Origin: Spirochaetia bacterium
GTDB taxonomy: Bacteria > Spirochaetota > Spirochaetia > SZUA-6 > Bin103
Assembly: GCA_965203905.1 (NCBI GenBank)
Contig: CBDBDQ010000005.1
Coordinates: 2,848,001-2,912,000, forward strand
Reading direction: 5' to 3'
DNA length: 64,000 nucleotides
Shown: positions 19,605-30,188 of the stretch, piece after piece
Layout: every line of letters starts with the position of its first letter
Position numbering within the stretch: the stretch's first letter is position 1
Notes under the pieces: model-generated
Seen by the model: only the letters and a program-made list of their open reading frames with translations
Told to the model about the DNA's origin: nothing
The model's database searches: none
Translations under genes and position numbers: made by a program

Positions 19605-22397
19605 TCATTGCGCGGCTACCTGGAACTGGTATTTCCCGGAGCCGACTTCGAAGGTCACGTAGTCTTCCTCGGCGCGAGCCGCCGTGATGCCGGGCGTACC
19701 GTTGCGGTAGGTGCCGTCCTGCCACACCACCTGTCCGCCTTCGCGGATCACCGGCTGCGCCAGGCCGGCCGCCGGCACCGCCACCCGGGCGCTGCAGTTG
19801 ACCGGCACGGTCACCTCCAGTTGCAGCGTATCCGGGCCACGGGTCCAGCGCGAGCTGACCGTTCCGTTGACCGTGTCCACCGAGGCGGCGGCGCCGGTCA
19901 GGTCGCCGAGCAGGCGCGGCTTGATGACCAGCTCTCGGAAGCCGCGCCCGGCGGGGGTGATGCCGGCCAGATGGCGGTACAGGAAAACCGCCACGCTGCA
20001 GAACATCTTCATGTTGAGGCTGAGGATGCCGCCCTCGAAGCTCTCCCACACGGTGGTGGCGCCGTTGGCGATGGTATGGCCCCAGCTCGGATAGGTGGTC
20101 TGGGTGGCGATACGGTACATCACCTCGCCCCGGCCGTGCTCCGGCAGCACGTGCTGCAGGGCGCCGGCGCCGATGATGCCGGTGGACAGGTGGCCGTCGT
20201 GGCAGTCCTCGATCTCCTCCACCAGGCTGGCCAGCGCGGCCGCTTCTTGGGCGGCGGGAACCAGCCCCAGGTCGAGGGCCAGCGCCTGGGAGGTCTGGCT
20301 GCCGCCGCCGTAGCGGCCGGTGGCGGGGTCCAGGAAGCGCCGGTTGAAGGCCTCCCCGATCGCTTCGGCCAGCGCCCCGTAGCGGGCCGCATCGCCCTCC
20401 TTGCCGAGCACGCCGGCGCTGTCGGCCACGATCTGGGCGTCGCGGAAGTAGTAGGCGGTGGAGGTGAGCGCCACCGGCGTGTGCAGCGGCCGCCAGGAGC
20501 TGACGCCGTCGGCCTGCGGCTCCATGTGGTCGCCCAGCCCCTCCTCGATCACGTGGTCCCGGGCCATGGTGCCCAGGTAGTCGACCAGCCGCCGCATGCC
20601 GTCGTAGTGCCGCTCCAGCACCCGCCGGTCGTCGTAGTAGCGGTGGACTGCCCACACGAACAGCGGATAGGTGCTCATCCACGCCGGCCACGGCTGCCAC
20701 GACGACTCGCGCCAGTGGATGGGGCTGATCACCGGCAGGTCGCCGGCGGCGCGCTGCGAACCGCGGATGTCTTCCAGCCACTTGCTCCACAGGGCGGCGA
20801 CGTCGAAGGTGTACAGGTAGTCCTCGACCACGAAGCCGGGGTCGCCGAGCCACGAGACCCGCTCGCTGCGCTCGCCGGCGTCCTGCAGCGCGCCCTGGAA
20901 GCTGGTGCGGAAGGTCCACAGCACGTTGCGGTGGATCTGGTTGAGCAGCTCGTTTGAGCACTCGAAGGCGCCGCTGCGCGGCACTTCGCCGTGCACTACC
21001 CGCCCTTCGAACTGGTCGAGCCGCGGCGCCTCCGGCAGACCGGAGACTTCCACGTAGCGGAAGCCGTGCAGGGTGAAGCGCGGCTCCCACACCTCCTCGC
21101 CGTTGCCCTTGAGGATGTAGGTGTCGATCTGGCGCGCCTCGCGGTTGTTGCGCCGGTCCACGAAGCCGTCGGCGTAGAGCCGGCCGCCGTGGCGCATGGA
21201 CACCTCGGTGCCGCGCGCGCCGCGCACGCGCAGCCGCACCCAGCCGCTGAAGTGTTGCCCGAAGTCGACCACGTAGACCGGGGCGTACGGGTAGCGCGGC
21301 GCGTTGACCGCGACGGCCGGCAGCGTCTCACTGACAGCGATCGGCTCGATCGCCTGCGCCTGCAGCGCTCCCACCGGCTCCGGAGCGGCGACCGCCGGCT
21401 GCCAGCCGCTGTCGTCGAAGTCCGGCGCGGACCAGCCGGGCTGCTCCAGGCGCGCATCGTAGACCTCGCCGTCGCACAGGTCGTTGGCCACGATCGGGCT
21501 GGCGGAGGCGCGCCAGGAGGCGTCGCTGGCGACGGTGTGGCGGCCGCTGTCGGCGGTCTCGATCACCAGTTGCACGACGGCGCGCGGCGCGGCGCCGTAG
21601 GGTTCGGCGCGCGGATCGGGGCGCAAGTGCGGCGGCCGGTCCGAGCTGTACCAGCCGTTGCCGAGCCACACCCCCACCGCGTTGCCGCCCTTTTGCAGCA
21701 GGCTGGTCACGTCGTAGCTGCTGTACAGCACGCGGTCCTGCAGCTCCGGCTCCTGGTCGTTGTGGTAGTAGGTGGGCGCCGGGTCGAGCACGCGGTCGCC
21801 CACCCTGGCGCCGTTGAGGTACAGCTCGTAGAAGCCGAGACCGGCAACGTAGGCCCGCGCCCGCGTCACCGCTCCGGGCACTGAAAACTCCTTGCGCAGC
21901 AGCGGCGAGGAGATGTCAGGGTCGGGCGCGCAGATCCAGGACGCCGCCCAGTCGGAGGGCTCCAGCAATCCCATCTCGAACCACGCCGGCTCGCTCCACG
22001 GTCCGGGGGTGCCGGCCTCGTCCCACACCTGCACCGCCCACCAGCAGCGTTCGCCGCTGGCCGGCGTGGGTCCGCCAAAGGCCACGTTCGTTGAGCCGCG
22101 GGCGGCCACCCGGCCGCTGTCCCAGACGCTGCCGCTGCCGGCGTCCAACTCCTCAACTGTGGCGGCCACCAGGATCCGGTAAGCGCTCTGCGCACGGCCC
22201 CGCCCCGGCGCAGACCCCGGTGTCGCGTCGAGCTGCCAGGAGAGCCGCGGAATTCGCACGTCAATGCCCAGCGGATCGACCAGATACTCGCAGCGCAGGT
22301 AAGTGGCGCGCAACGCCGAGTTCGGGCCAGGGGCGGCGGGGTCGGTAAGACTCAGGATCCAGCCTCCGTATCGCCGGGAACGGCGCGCGGACCCCAC
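19605..22397 (-). CDS. Alpha-L-rhamnosidase-like glycoside hydrolase family 78 (start uncertain)
   Basis: LRCEYLVDPLGID..PRLSW, GLGFYELYLNG, DFGQ, FTLHGFRY, ERVSWLGD and GATTVWE. Confidence 0.9.
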   Translation of the reverse strand: MGSARRSRRYGGWILSLTDPAAPGPNSALRATYLRCEYLVDPLGIDVRIPRLSWQLDATPGSAPGRGRAQSAYRILVAATVEELDAGSGSVWDSGRVAARGSTNVAFGGPTPASGERCWWAVQVWDEAGTPGPWSEPAWFEMGLLEPSDWAASWICAPDPDISSPLLRKEFSVPGAVTRARAYVAGLGFYELYLNGARVGDRVLDPAPTYYHNDQEPELQDRVLYSSYDVTSLLQKGGNAVGVWLGNGWYSSDRPPHLRPDPRAEPYGAAPRAVVQLVIETADSGRHTVASDASWRASASPIVANDLCDGEVYDARLEQPGWSAPDFDDSGWQPAVAAPEPVGALQAQAIEPIAVSETLPAVAVNAPRYPYAPVYVVDFGQHFSGWVRLRVRGARGTEVSMRHGGRLYADGFVDRRNNREARQIDTYILKGNGEEVWEPRFTLHGFRYVEVSGLPEAPRLDQFEGRVVHGEVPRSGAFECSNELLNQIHRNVLWTFRTSFQGALQDAGERSERVSWLGDPGFVVEDYLYTFDVAALWSKWLEDIRGSQRAAGDLPVISPIHWRESSWQPWPAWMSTYPLFVWAVHRYYDDRRVLERHYDGMRRLVDYLGTMARDHVIEEGLGDHMEPQADGVSSWRPLHTPVALTSTAYYFRDAQIVADSAGVLGKEGDAARYGALAEAIGEAFNRRFLDPATGRYGGGSQTSQALALDLGLVPAAQEAAALASLVEEIEDCHDGHLSTGIIGAGALQHVLPEHGRGEVMYRIATQTTYPSWGHTIANGATTVWESFEGGILSLNMKMFCSVAVFLYRHLAGITPAGRGFRELVIKPRLLGDLTGAAASVDTVNGTVSSRWTRGPDTLQLEVTVPVNCSARVAVPAAGLAQPVIREGGQVVWQDGTYRNGTPGITAARAEEDYVTFEVGSGKYQFQVAAQ

Positions 22398-22508
22398 CCG
22401 GCAGGATTGCGCGAGTATGCCGGAGCCATTTTCGCTCCGTCAAGTTAGCCTGCGGCGGAGCAGGTACGGGACGTCACGGGCGTACTGGGAGACGTGCAAC
22501 TCGGAGCC

Positions 22509-24208
22509 TCATGGCTCTACGTACTGTACGGATACCTCCACATCGTTGAGCCATAGTTCTGAGATAACGTCCGGGTTGCCACGCTCCAGCCTGACTTCCA
22601 GTTCGTTCTGGCGTGTCGTCAACACCGCCGGATCCAGGTTTACCTCTACTGTGTATCGCAGCGGATACTCGTCCTGGAGCCGGGTGCGGTGAACGTGCGT
22701 TCCGTTCAAGGATAGCTCGATCAAATGGTCCCCACCCGTCAAGTCCCGAAACCGGAGCGTGAGCATTGCCATCATCGTGAGACCATGAGCCGCTGCCTCA
22801 TCACGGTCATCGGACAAGCATAAGTGCAGGGCCACTGAGCTGCCCTCCTGGAGTCGAGCCGGCAGCTCGGTGCGGGCCGACGCGGTGCCCATCTCCGACC
22901 TCAGAAAGCGATCTTGAAGGCTCGCCGACCACTCGTGGAACGCGCCGCTGTCGATGTACCGATGCGAGACCCCGAGATTGTCGATCTTGTAGTGCTTGTT
23001 GGAGAATCGAAGCGCATCCGGGTCGCCTATCTCGCGCAGTGGCGCGAAGTCATAATCGGCGCCGAGGCCGTAATCATGGCTATCCCGCACCGCGTTCATA
23101 TTGAACAGGTGTATGCCGTCGGCTCCCGCATGGTAGGCGTAGGCCGCCGCCGCTCGGAACCCCTCTGGGCTGTAGCCGAGTTGTTGGAAAGCGGCTTCCA
23201 CCTTCAAAGAGAGATAGAACGAACAACCCGCCTCGTGGGCCTTCTCGGCGTCGTCGGAAATCGGGAGCTGAATGATGTCGTCGATTCCCGCGATCAATCC
23301 ATCGATCCAGCCATTCTCAAGCCAGGCTTCGAGGTCCAGGCCAAGGGCAGCGGAGGCCGCCAAGGGCAGACTCCTGATGTTGAGACTGAGCTGTTTGCCG
23401 CGCGCGGTACCCGCCTCGTCCAGGCAAGCGCGGACTCTCCCGACAAGCTCCGTCATCAACCCGGCCCGGCGCTGTGCCTCGCCCGGTTTGAAGTAGATGG
23501 GGTGGCGCAGGAAGTCGAGCTCCACGCCGTCGAGGTCGTAGTTCTGGCAGGCCTCCTTGATCAACGCCACGCGGAAGTCACGTACCTGGGGATGCGCATA
23601 GTCGAATCCGATGTGACACAGACGAGTCAGCTCGGGGTGCTCGCCTATCAGGTATTCTGGATGGTCGCGCTTGAGCTTGCAGATGTATCCTCTGATGTTT
23701 GCCTCGTTGAACGCTCCCGCTTCGAATACCGGGAACCGCATAGGAACATCCGTGCCCATGATTCCGGGGGTATTCCGCTCCACTGGCCGGCCGTCGTGCA
23801 GGTCGTTCATCCGGAAACCCAGGAATACTTCCAAACCATGGTGGTGACCATGTTCGATCACCACCTCCGGTGGATCGTACCCCTGCTCGATCATGGCGCG
23901 CACGCGGTGCGCGTGCAGGTGCCAGATCTTCGACTGAAACGGCGGTGGTAGTTCGTAGAAGCGTTCGCCCACTTCGGTCTTGTGGCAGTACAGGTTGGCA
24001 GCCCGGCCGGGTCCCTGCTGGGCGGCTACGTAGCCATTGTCCGTGCCCAGGGTCCAGGTCACGGCGTCTACGTGGGTCCCGGCCAAGAAGCCGACCGTCT
24101 TGTCGACGAATCCCTCCATGGAAAACGGCTTGCTGGTGAAGGGGTGAACGGCCGCAGCAGCGTGCCACCGTCATGGTTGTAGATTATGCGGTAACGGGTA
24201 CGGCTCAC
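22509..24208 (-). CDS. GHL10-like TIM-barrel glycoside hydrolase; frameshift near 24140
   Basis: GTG at 24208 overlaps the upstream stop and gives MSRTRYRIIYNHDG. One missing C in ACCCCTTC would join it to 22509..24119. Motifs FRMNDLH, DYAHPQVR and YDLDGVELDFLR. Confidence 0.75.
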
Positions 24209-25038
24209 CCCTTTAGGCCTCCCATCGCGATTCCCCGAGTGAGAAAGCGATTGAACACGATGTACAACAGGATGACGGGCACGGACATGATGACGGCGAT
24301 ACTCATCAGACGTTCATAACGGTAGCCGAATTGCCAGTCCCCCTGGAGCCGTGTCAAAGCCAGAGGCAGCGTGGTGAACTCATCTCGAAATACGATGAGC
24401 AGAGGCCAGATCAGGTCATTCCAGCTGCCGAGGAAGTGCAGCACCACCAAGGTCACTATGGCGACCCTTGCCAGCGGCAGAATCACGCGCCAGTAGATTT
24501 GCACCTCGTTACAGCCATCGATCCGCGCCGAGTCAGTGAAGTCGTTCGGGATCGGCAGAATCGTCTGCCGCATCAGAAACACCCCGAAGGCAGTCACGGA
24601 GGTGGGAATGATGAGTCCATGTAACGAATTGAGAAGTTTGAACGTCTTCGCGAGAATGAACAACGGAATCATCATCACTTGAAACGGCACCATGATACTG
24701 CTCAGGATGAACAGAAAGATGAGCTTGCGGCCGAAGAAGCTGAACTTCGACAATCCGTACCCGGCCATCGAGGAGACCAGTACGTTTATCACGGTGGTAG
24801 TGCCGGCCACCACCGTGCTGTTGAATATGTAGCGGTTGAACGGAACGCCAATCCACACGTCCGCGTAATTCTGCCACTTCACCTCGCGCGGAAGGAATTG
24901 GATGCTCGGGGCGATCACCTGGTCCTCTGGCTTCAGCGAGGACAGGACCATCCACGCTACCGGAACCATGAACACCGCAAGCCAGAATACAAGGATCGAG
25001 TACAGCACGATGCGGGTAATGGGGTTGCGCGGATACAT
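24205..25038 (-). CDS. Carbohydrate ABC transporter permease (MalG-like)
   Basis: DSARIDGC; WNDLIWPL; ATG at 25038. Confidence 0.92.
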   Translation of the reverse strand: MYPRNPITRIVLYSILVFWLAVFMVPVAWMVLSSLKPEDQVIAPSIQFLPREVKWQNYADVWIGVPFNRYIFNSTVVAGTTTVINVLVSSMAGYGLSKFSFFGRKLIFLFILSSIMVPFQVMMIPLFILAKTFKLLNSLHGLIIPTSVTAFGVFLMRQTILPIPNDFTDSARIDGCNEVQIYWRVILPLARVAIVTLVVLHFLGSWNDLIWPLLIVFRDEFTTLPLALTRLQGDWQFGYRYERLMSIAVIMSVPVILLYIVFNRFLTRGIAMGGLKG

Positions 25039-25057
25039 CCTACAATCTGGCTGGCGC

Positions 25058-25942
25058 CTAGAACTCCGTCTCTCTTCCGAGCAGCCGCAGGTAGAGAAAG
25101 GTGCAGAGCAACATGATCGACACCACGAGCATCGATTCGGCACTCGCCTTGCCCATGCGAAAACTCTCCATGCCGTCACGATAGATGCGCAAGGTCAACA
25201 CCGTCGTGGCGTCGCCCGGGCCTCCTTCGGTCAACAGATAGAACGGGGCAAAATGGCGAAAGTTCTCGGTCATCTTGAGGATGGCACTGAGCAGGAAGAC
25301 CGGCACCATTAGTGGCACTATCAGTCTTCTCAAGGTAACCCAATAGGACGCCCCATCCACCTTGAATGCATCGTACAGTTCATTGGGCATCAAGCGAAGG
25401 CCGGCGACGAAAATGATCATGTAGAAACCTATCCGATTCCAAACCATCATCATGATGATAAGAGGCATTGCGTGCGTAAAGCTCGACTGCCACGGTATCG
25501 CTACTCCTGTCAGAGCCTCGCCGGCGAGGGTAATCAAGCCATAGGGCGTGGACAGGAACCGAAACAGAATGGCAACTACCGTCAAGGACAATATGGACGG
25601 AAAGAAAAAGGTGGCTTTGAAGACCCCGGAGAATGCCAAGTCACGGTCGACGATCAGCGCCAGAGCGAATGCGATAGACAGCGTAAGTGCCCCGTCGACA
25701 AACACAAAGTAAAGCGTTACCACAAGCGAATGCAAGAACTTGCGATCGCTCAGCAATCCTACATAGTTCGAGATCCCGACAAACTCCCGTGGGTTTCTGA
25801 GGTCCCACTTCGAGAAGCTCGTCACCAACGCGACTAGCAATGGATATAGGAAGAAGACAAGAAAGAAACACAGCGCAGGAAGTGCGAACAGAAAGCCAGC
25901 GAGCTTCCTGCGTTGACTGAGCGGCGACCCGGCGAGCACCAA
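25058..25942 (-). CDS. Carbohydrate ABC transporter permease (MalF-like)
   Basis: FVGISNY; ELYDAFKVDGA; LTEGGPG. Confidence 0.92.
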   Translation of the reverse strand: MVLAGSPLSQRRKLAGFLFALPALCFFLVFFLYPLLVALVTSFSKWDLRNPREFVGISNYVGLLSDRKFLHSLVVTLYFVFVDGALTLSIAFALALIVDRDLAFSGVFKATFFFPSILSLTVVAILFRFLSTPYGLITLAGEALTGVAIPWQSSFTHAMPLIIMMMVWNRIGFYMIIFVAGLRLMPNELYDAFKVDGASYWVTLRRLIVPLMVPVFLLSAILKMTENFRHFAPFYLLTEGGPGDATTVLTLRIYRDGMESFRMGKASAESMLVVSIMLLCTFLYLRLLGRETEF

Positions 25943-26026
25943 CGATCTCCAAACCCCGGTGCTCCCCCGCCATGGGTAGCGACGATGAATCGCTCAGCCC
26001 ACGGCCGGGGCACCGAGGGTGGTCAG

Positions 26027-27353
26027 CTATTGCGTCGCAAAGCTGTAGGGAACTTCAGCCAGATACTCCTCGAACTCGTCGTTGGCGACTTCCAGGGTGG
26101 CGGCGATGTCGGCATCTTCGAAGACGATCCTGGCCAGGGCTTTCTGCCAGATCGCGGTCGCTTCGGGAGTCCGGATCTGCTCGCCTCCGGGGTTCTCCAG
26201 TATCCCGGAGAACATATCAAAGTCCTGCACGGCGCGGGCAGCGTCGGAAGTCTCGTATCCCTGCACAGGAACAAGCAGGCCAGTGGCGTTGAAGCTATCG
26301 GCGTGAGCCATGACCTCTTGCTGGAATCTCCACGCTTCGGTCTTGTGGTCGGAGAGACTGGATACGGTCCACAGGCTCCCAAACTTGGTCGAGTATGGGA
26401 CGCCGTCCGGGTACTGTGGATTGGGGATGAACTTGATCCCGTCTCCACCCTTGTAGACGTCTGGAAACTGCTCGATTACGGGACGATACCAGGACCATAT
26501 GGTGTTCATCATCGAGGCGGTGCCGTTCTGGAATTCCTCTCGCTTTATTGCGGCGTTCCGCAGTCCACCGGGTGCGGAAATCTGATACTTGAATGTGAAA
26601 TCTCGAAAGGTCTGCAGTACCCGTTGCGACTCCGGTGAAGCGATGTTGGTGGACTTGCCATCGGCGGTAATCAGGTCCTTGCCGAGATTGCCAAGCATGT
26701 TGTAGTAGACCAGTATGGAGCCCTGCGGGTGAGTCGCGAGGCCATAGCCTTCGCGTGTGATTCTGTCTCCGTCACGGCGTGTGAGCTTCTGCCCGATGCT
26801 GGCCACGGATCTGTCGCCTTCCTCCCAGGTTAGTGGATACTGGGTGTCTGGATCGTATCCCGCTTCGCGAAAATGCTCGGCGTTGATGATCATCGTATAG
26901 CTGGAGACATTGATAAGGACGCCGTAATAGGTGTCTCCCAGCCCAAGTATCCCGTGACCACCGGCCCACAGGTCGCCAAACTCGGCCATGCTGCCTACGC
27001 CGAACACTTCGGGGTCTACCGGGTCTACGTTGCCCAGGTGAACGTGGTTTGCCAGGTAGGCATGCTGGAGTCCGACAACATCCGGCGCTGCATCGCCTTG
27101 ACTGGATATGAGGAACTTCTCGTGGACTTCGTTCGTCCTGCCGGGCTGCTCATACAGCACCTTGACGTTCGGGTACTTGGCCTCAAACGAGGGGATCACC
27201 TCGTCATTCAAGATGTTGATCATCGGCTCGTGCTGCCATGTCCACACTTCAAGCTCGACTTGCTCGGGCTCGCCTTGGCCCTCGGCCAAGATGAGAAGTG
27301 GCTCCGAGCACGCCTATTACGAGGCTGAAGAGCATCGTCCTTTTGCCAATCAC
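26027..27353 (-). CDS. Sugar ABC substrate-binding protein; frameshift in the signal peptide near 27297
   Basis: RBS AGGAGG and GTG at 27353 give MIGKRTMLFSLVIGVLGAT, out of frame with LILAEGQGE... of 26027..27289; FEAKYPNVKV; APDV. Confidence 0.82.
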
Positions 27354-27513
27354 TTGGTTCCTCCTGCCCGTCGCGGGGCGCCGTAGAGAGAGCCGTGTCT
27401 CTCAGGTTGGAAAATCACAAGTACCACACGCGGCAAGCCCTGTCAATGCACCGCTATCCGCGCAAGTCCGCGTAACCCGCGGAGATCCTCGGTGAGCAAC
27501 GGTCCTTGGACCG

Positions 27514-28443
27514 CTACGCGGAGGCGGCGGCGGGGAACTTCGGTGCCGGGTGGGCGAGTTGGGGTTCCGCCACCAGGTGCCGGTACACGTCGTTGCACGA
27601 GGCCAGGGTGAGGCCGGCGCGGCGGGCGTGCTGCAGCAGCAGGTCGATCTGGCCGGCGCCGCGGTCGACGCGGTAGATCGACCAGGGGTGGAAGCAGGGG
27701 GCGTAAGTCAGCAGCCCCTGGTCGCGGGTGTACTCGAAGCCGGGAGCGTAGGCCTCGTACACCTCGCGGCCGGTGGTGGGGAGCCGCGACGGGTAGCCCC
27801 ATGGCAGCGCCGGCGGCCATGCCATCGGCGAAGGCTGGCCGGTGAGTATGTTGTCGTGCCAGGCATGAGCCGAGACCTCGAGGAGTTCGGGATAACCGTC
27901 GTCGCTGAACCAGAACGGCTGCGTCAGCGGCGCCGGCGCGACGTGGTTCGGCTGCCAGCTCAAGGTGCGGATGTAGCGGTAGCCCGCCTCCCATAGCGCC
28001 TCCAGCAGCCGCGTCTCGCCCAGAAAGCCGTGGCCGAAGCCGCCCGGTGCGGTAAAGCCGATCACCTCGCGCCCGAACAGGTCCTCGATCACCCGCTTGG
28101 AGTCAACCAGCTCGCGGCGCACGGCGGCCGCATCGTCGCGGATCGCGATCATGTTGTCGTGGGTGTAGCTGTGCGACTCCAGGTCGAACAGCTCATGATC
28201 GAGGATCTCGCGCAGGCGCGATCCCGCTGCCACGGCAAGCTGGGCGACAACGAAGAAGGTGGCGGGCGCCTGGTGCCGCAGGTGCACCTCGGCCACGGCG
28301 CGCACGCCGTCCAGGCACTCGTCGAGGCGTGCTCCCTCGTAGCTCACCATCTGTTGATAGGTCGACGCGGAATAGGGCTTGTCACCAATCTCCCACCAGG
28401 GGTAGATCGCCTCGGTGTCGTACGCGGAAACATAGTAGGTCAT
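27514..28443 (-). CDS. Polysaccharide deacetylase family protein (CE4/NodB-like)
   Basis: AYDTE, ATFFVV, ESHSYTH, GFTAPGG and FHPW. Confidence 0.85.
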   Translation of the reverse strand: MTYYVSAYDTEAIYPWWEIGDKPYSASTYQQMVSYEGARLDECLDGVRAVAEVHLRHQAPATFFVVAQLAVAAGSRLREILDHELFDLESHSYTHDNMIAIRDDAAAVRRELVDSKRVIEDLFGREVIGFTAPGGFGHGFLGETRLLEALWEAGYRYIRTLSWQPNHVAPAPLTQPFWFSDDGYPELLEVSAHAWHDNILTGQPSPMAWPPALPWGYPSRLPTTGREVYEAYAPGFEYTRDQGLLTYAPCFHPWSIYRVDRGAGQIDLLLQHARRAGLTLASCNDVYRHLVAEPQLAHPAPKFPAAASA

Positions 28444-28528
28444 GACGCCAACGACCCTACGCAGGCGTACCGGTCGGCGCAAGGGTACACCTGCGCACGG
28501 GACTATGCGTCATGGCGTTGACCCCGTA

Positions 28529-28548
28529 TATATAATCTGCATTATATA
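28529..28548 (+). promoter_or_regulatory. Palindromic operator/promoter of the AbrB-Doc TA operon
   Basis: TATATAAT-CTGC-ATTATATA perfect inverted repeat 4 nt upstream of the antitoxin ATG; TTGACC lies just upstream. Confidence 0.7.
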
Positions 28549-28552
28549 GAGC

Positions 28553-28780
28553 ATGCTCTCGTTCAAGGTAACCACAGTAGGAGCGTCATCCGGCGTGATT
28601 CTCACCAAAGCCGCGATGGCACGGCTTAGGGTGAACAAGGGCGACACGCTATACCTCACCGAGGCACCTGACGGCGCATTTCGGCTTACCCCATACGACC
28701 CCGACTTCGCTCGCCAGATGGCCCTGGCAGAAGAGATCATGCACGACGACCGCGAGGTGCTGCGGGCGCTCGCCAAGTGA
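28553..28780 (+). CDS. AbrB/MazE-family antitoxin
   Basis: KVTTVGASSGVIL..AMARLRVNKGDTLYL; C-terminal REVLRALAK; overlaps doc (GTGA). Confidence 0.88.
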   Translation: MLSFKVTTVGASSGVILTKAAMARLRVNKGDTLYLTEAPDGAFRLTPYDPDFARQMALAEEIMHDDREVLRALAK

Positions 28781-29205
28781 GCGGCGGCGGCGAGCAGTGG
28801 CGTTGGGTCGAGAGCAGCGTCGTCTTCGCGATCCATGACCGCCAACTCGCCGAGCATGGCGGCATGGACGGAATCCGCGATCGGGCCATGGTGGAATCCG
28901 CGCTGGCCCGGCCCGCCCAGTTCGCGCACTACGGGAATCCGGACGCAGCGGACCTCGCGGCAGCCTACGCCTATGGGATCGCCAAGAACCACGGCTTCGT
29001 CGACGGCAACAAGCGCACCGCCTGGGTCACCGCGCGCCTGTTCCTGGCCGACAACGGCAGGCGCCTCCAATTTGACCCGATTGATGCCATCCGCACCATG
29101 GAACGCGTCGCCGCCGGCCGCATCGGCGAGGACGAACTCCCTATCTGGTTCCGATCACACTTGGTTTCATCTTTGCGGTCGACTCCTGCGACTTCGGGGA
29201 GATAG
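28777..29205 (+). CDS. doc: Death-on-curing (Doc/Fic) toxin
   Basis: IHD.QLAEHGG..GIRD...ESALARP; Fic motif HGFVDGNKR. Confidence 0.92.
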   Translation: MSGGGEQWRWVESSVVFAIHDRQLAEHGGMDGIRDRAMVESALARPAQFAHYGNPDAADLAAAYAYGIAKNHGFVDGNKRTAWVTARLFLADNGRRLQFDPIDAIRTMERVAAGRIGEDELPIWFRSHLVSSLRSTPATSGR

Positions 29206-29224
29206 GCGGATTCCGTAAAGCTGC

Positions 29225-29364
29225 CTACCGCGTTCGCCACGGACCTCCAGGGGGCCAACCCATGTCGAACGGAACTTCATACGGCTGTTCTGCTGACTTC
29301 ATCTTCATCATCCTCGATCGGGACAGCCACAAAATGTCGGCATCGTGACGTAAGTGCCGACATC
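29225..29364 (-). pseudogene. Collapsed relic of an AbiE (type IV TA) locus: operator half-sites joined to AbiEii fragments
   Basis: Minus strand has ATGTCGGCA/TGCCGACAT half-sites matching those at 31743-31819, then AVPIEDD (cf. AVPVVDD in AbiEii) and EVPFDMGWPPGGPWRTR* (cf. WTNGGPWRIVQ*). Confidence 0.65.
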
Positions 29365-29442
29365 GGCGACCACTCTGGTGTTGCGCTCAAAAATGTACGC
29401 GGCTGTCCTCGATGCTCGGCGACGCGGGTTGCACGTTGAAAT

Positions 29443-29656
29443 ATGAACGGGCGGCAGTTCATCGCGAGGGTTCGCAAATGGGCGAGGGAACGGGATCTGG
29501 AGGTACGCTTCGTCGCTTCCGAAGGATCCGGTTCGCATGGAACGCTCTATGCCGGCGAGAACAGGACGACCGTCAAGGACCGGAAGAAGGAGATCGGCAA
29601 GGGGCTGCTGAACAAAGATGCTTGCAGACCTCGGAATCGACCGGGACGAATTCTAG
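29443..29656 (+). CDS. hicA: HicA-family toxin; one extra A near 29615
   Basis: GSGSHG motif. Removing one A in AACAAAGATG gives ...EIGKGLLNKMLADLGIDRDEF*. Confidence 0.8.
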
Positions 29657-29698
29657 ACGTAGCGCGCGACCGAGACGCCCCGCCAGGAGGATCGAGTC

Positions 29699-30136
29699 AT
29701 GTCTGACACCTACAACTATCCCGCCGCAATCGAACGCGACGAAGACGGTCGCTACGTCGTTGTGTTCCCGGATTTCGGCTGGGGCGCGACGGATGGCGCG
29801 ACGCTGGAGGAGGCGCTGAGCGAAGCCGACGATTTGCTGCGGGAGCTGATGGTCACGACGATGCGGGAGGGTAAGAGGCTGCCCGAGCCATCATGCGTGG
29901 ACAAACAGCAGTACTTGGTGGTTCCGCCACTATCGACAGTCCTGAAGGCAGCCCTGTACGAGGCGTTTCGGGAGGCAGGGATGTCGCAACGCCGCTTGGC
30001 GCGTGAGCTTGATGTAGCCGAGAGCGAAGTCCGGCGGATGTTGAATCCCGACCATGCCACCAAGGCAGCCACAATCGACCGCGCGTTGCGACGGCTGGGG
30101 AAGCGCCTCAGCGTGACCATCGACGAAGCGGCCTGA
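29699..30136 (+). CDS. hicB: HicB-family antitoxin with C-terminal HTH
   Basis: YPA.IE....YVVVFPDF....TDGATLEEAL; MSQRRLARELDV HTH. Confidence 0.92.
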   Translation: MSDTYNYPAAIERDEDGRYVVVFPDFGWGATDGATLEEALSEADDLLRELMVTTMREGKRLPEPSCVDKQQYLVVPPLSTVLKAALYEAFREAGMSQRRLARELDVAESEVRRMLNPDHATKAATIDRALRRLGKRLSVTIDEAA

Positions 30137-30188
30137 ACCGCTTGCGCCGTACCAAGACCTGATGCGGGGTCTCAGCCGTGCTCGGCGT

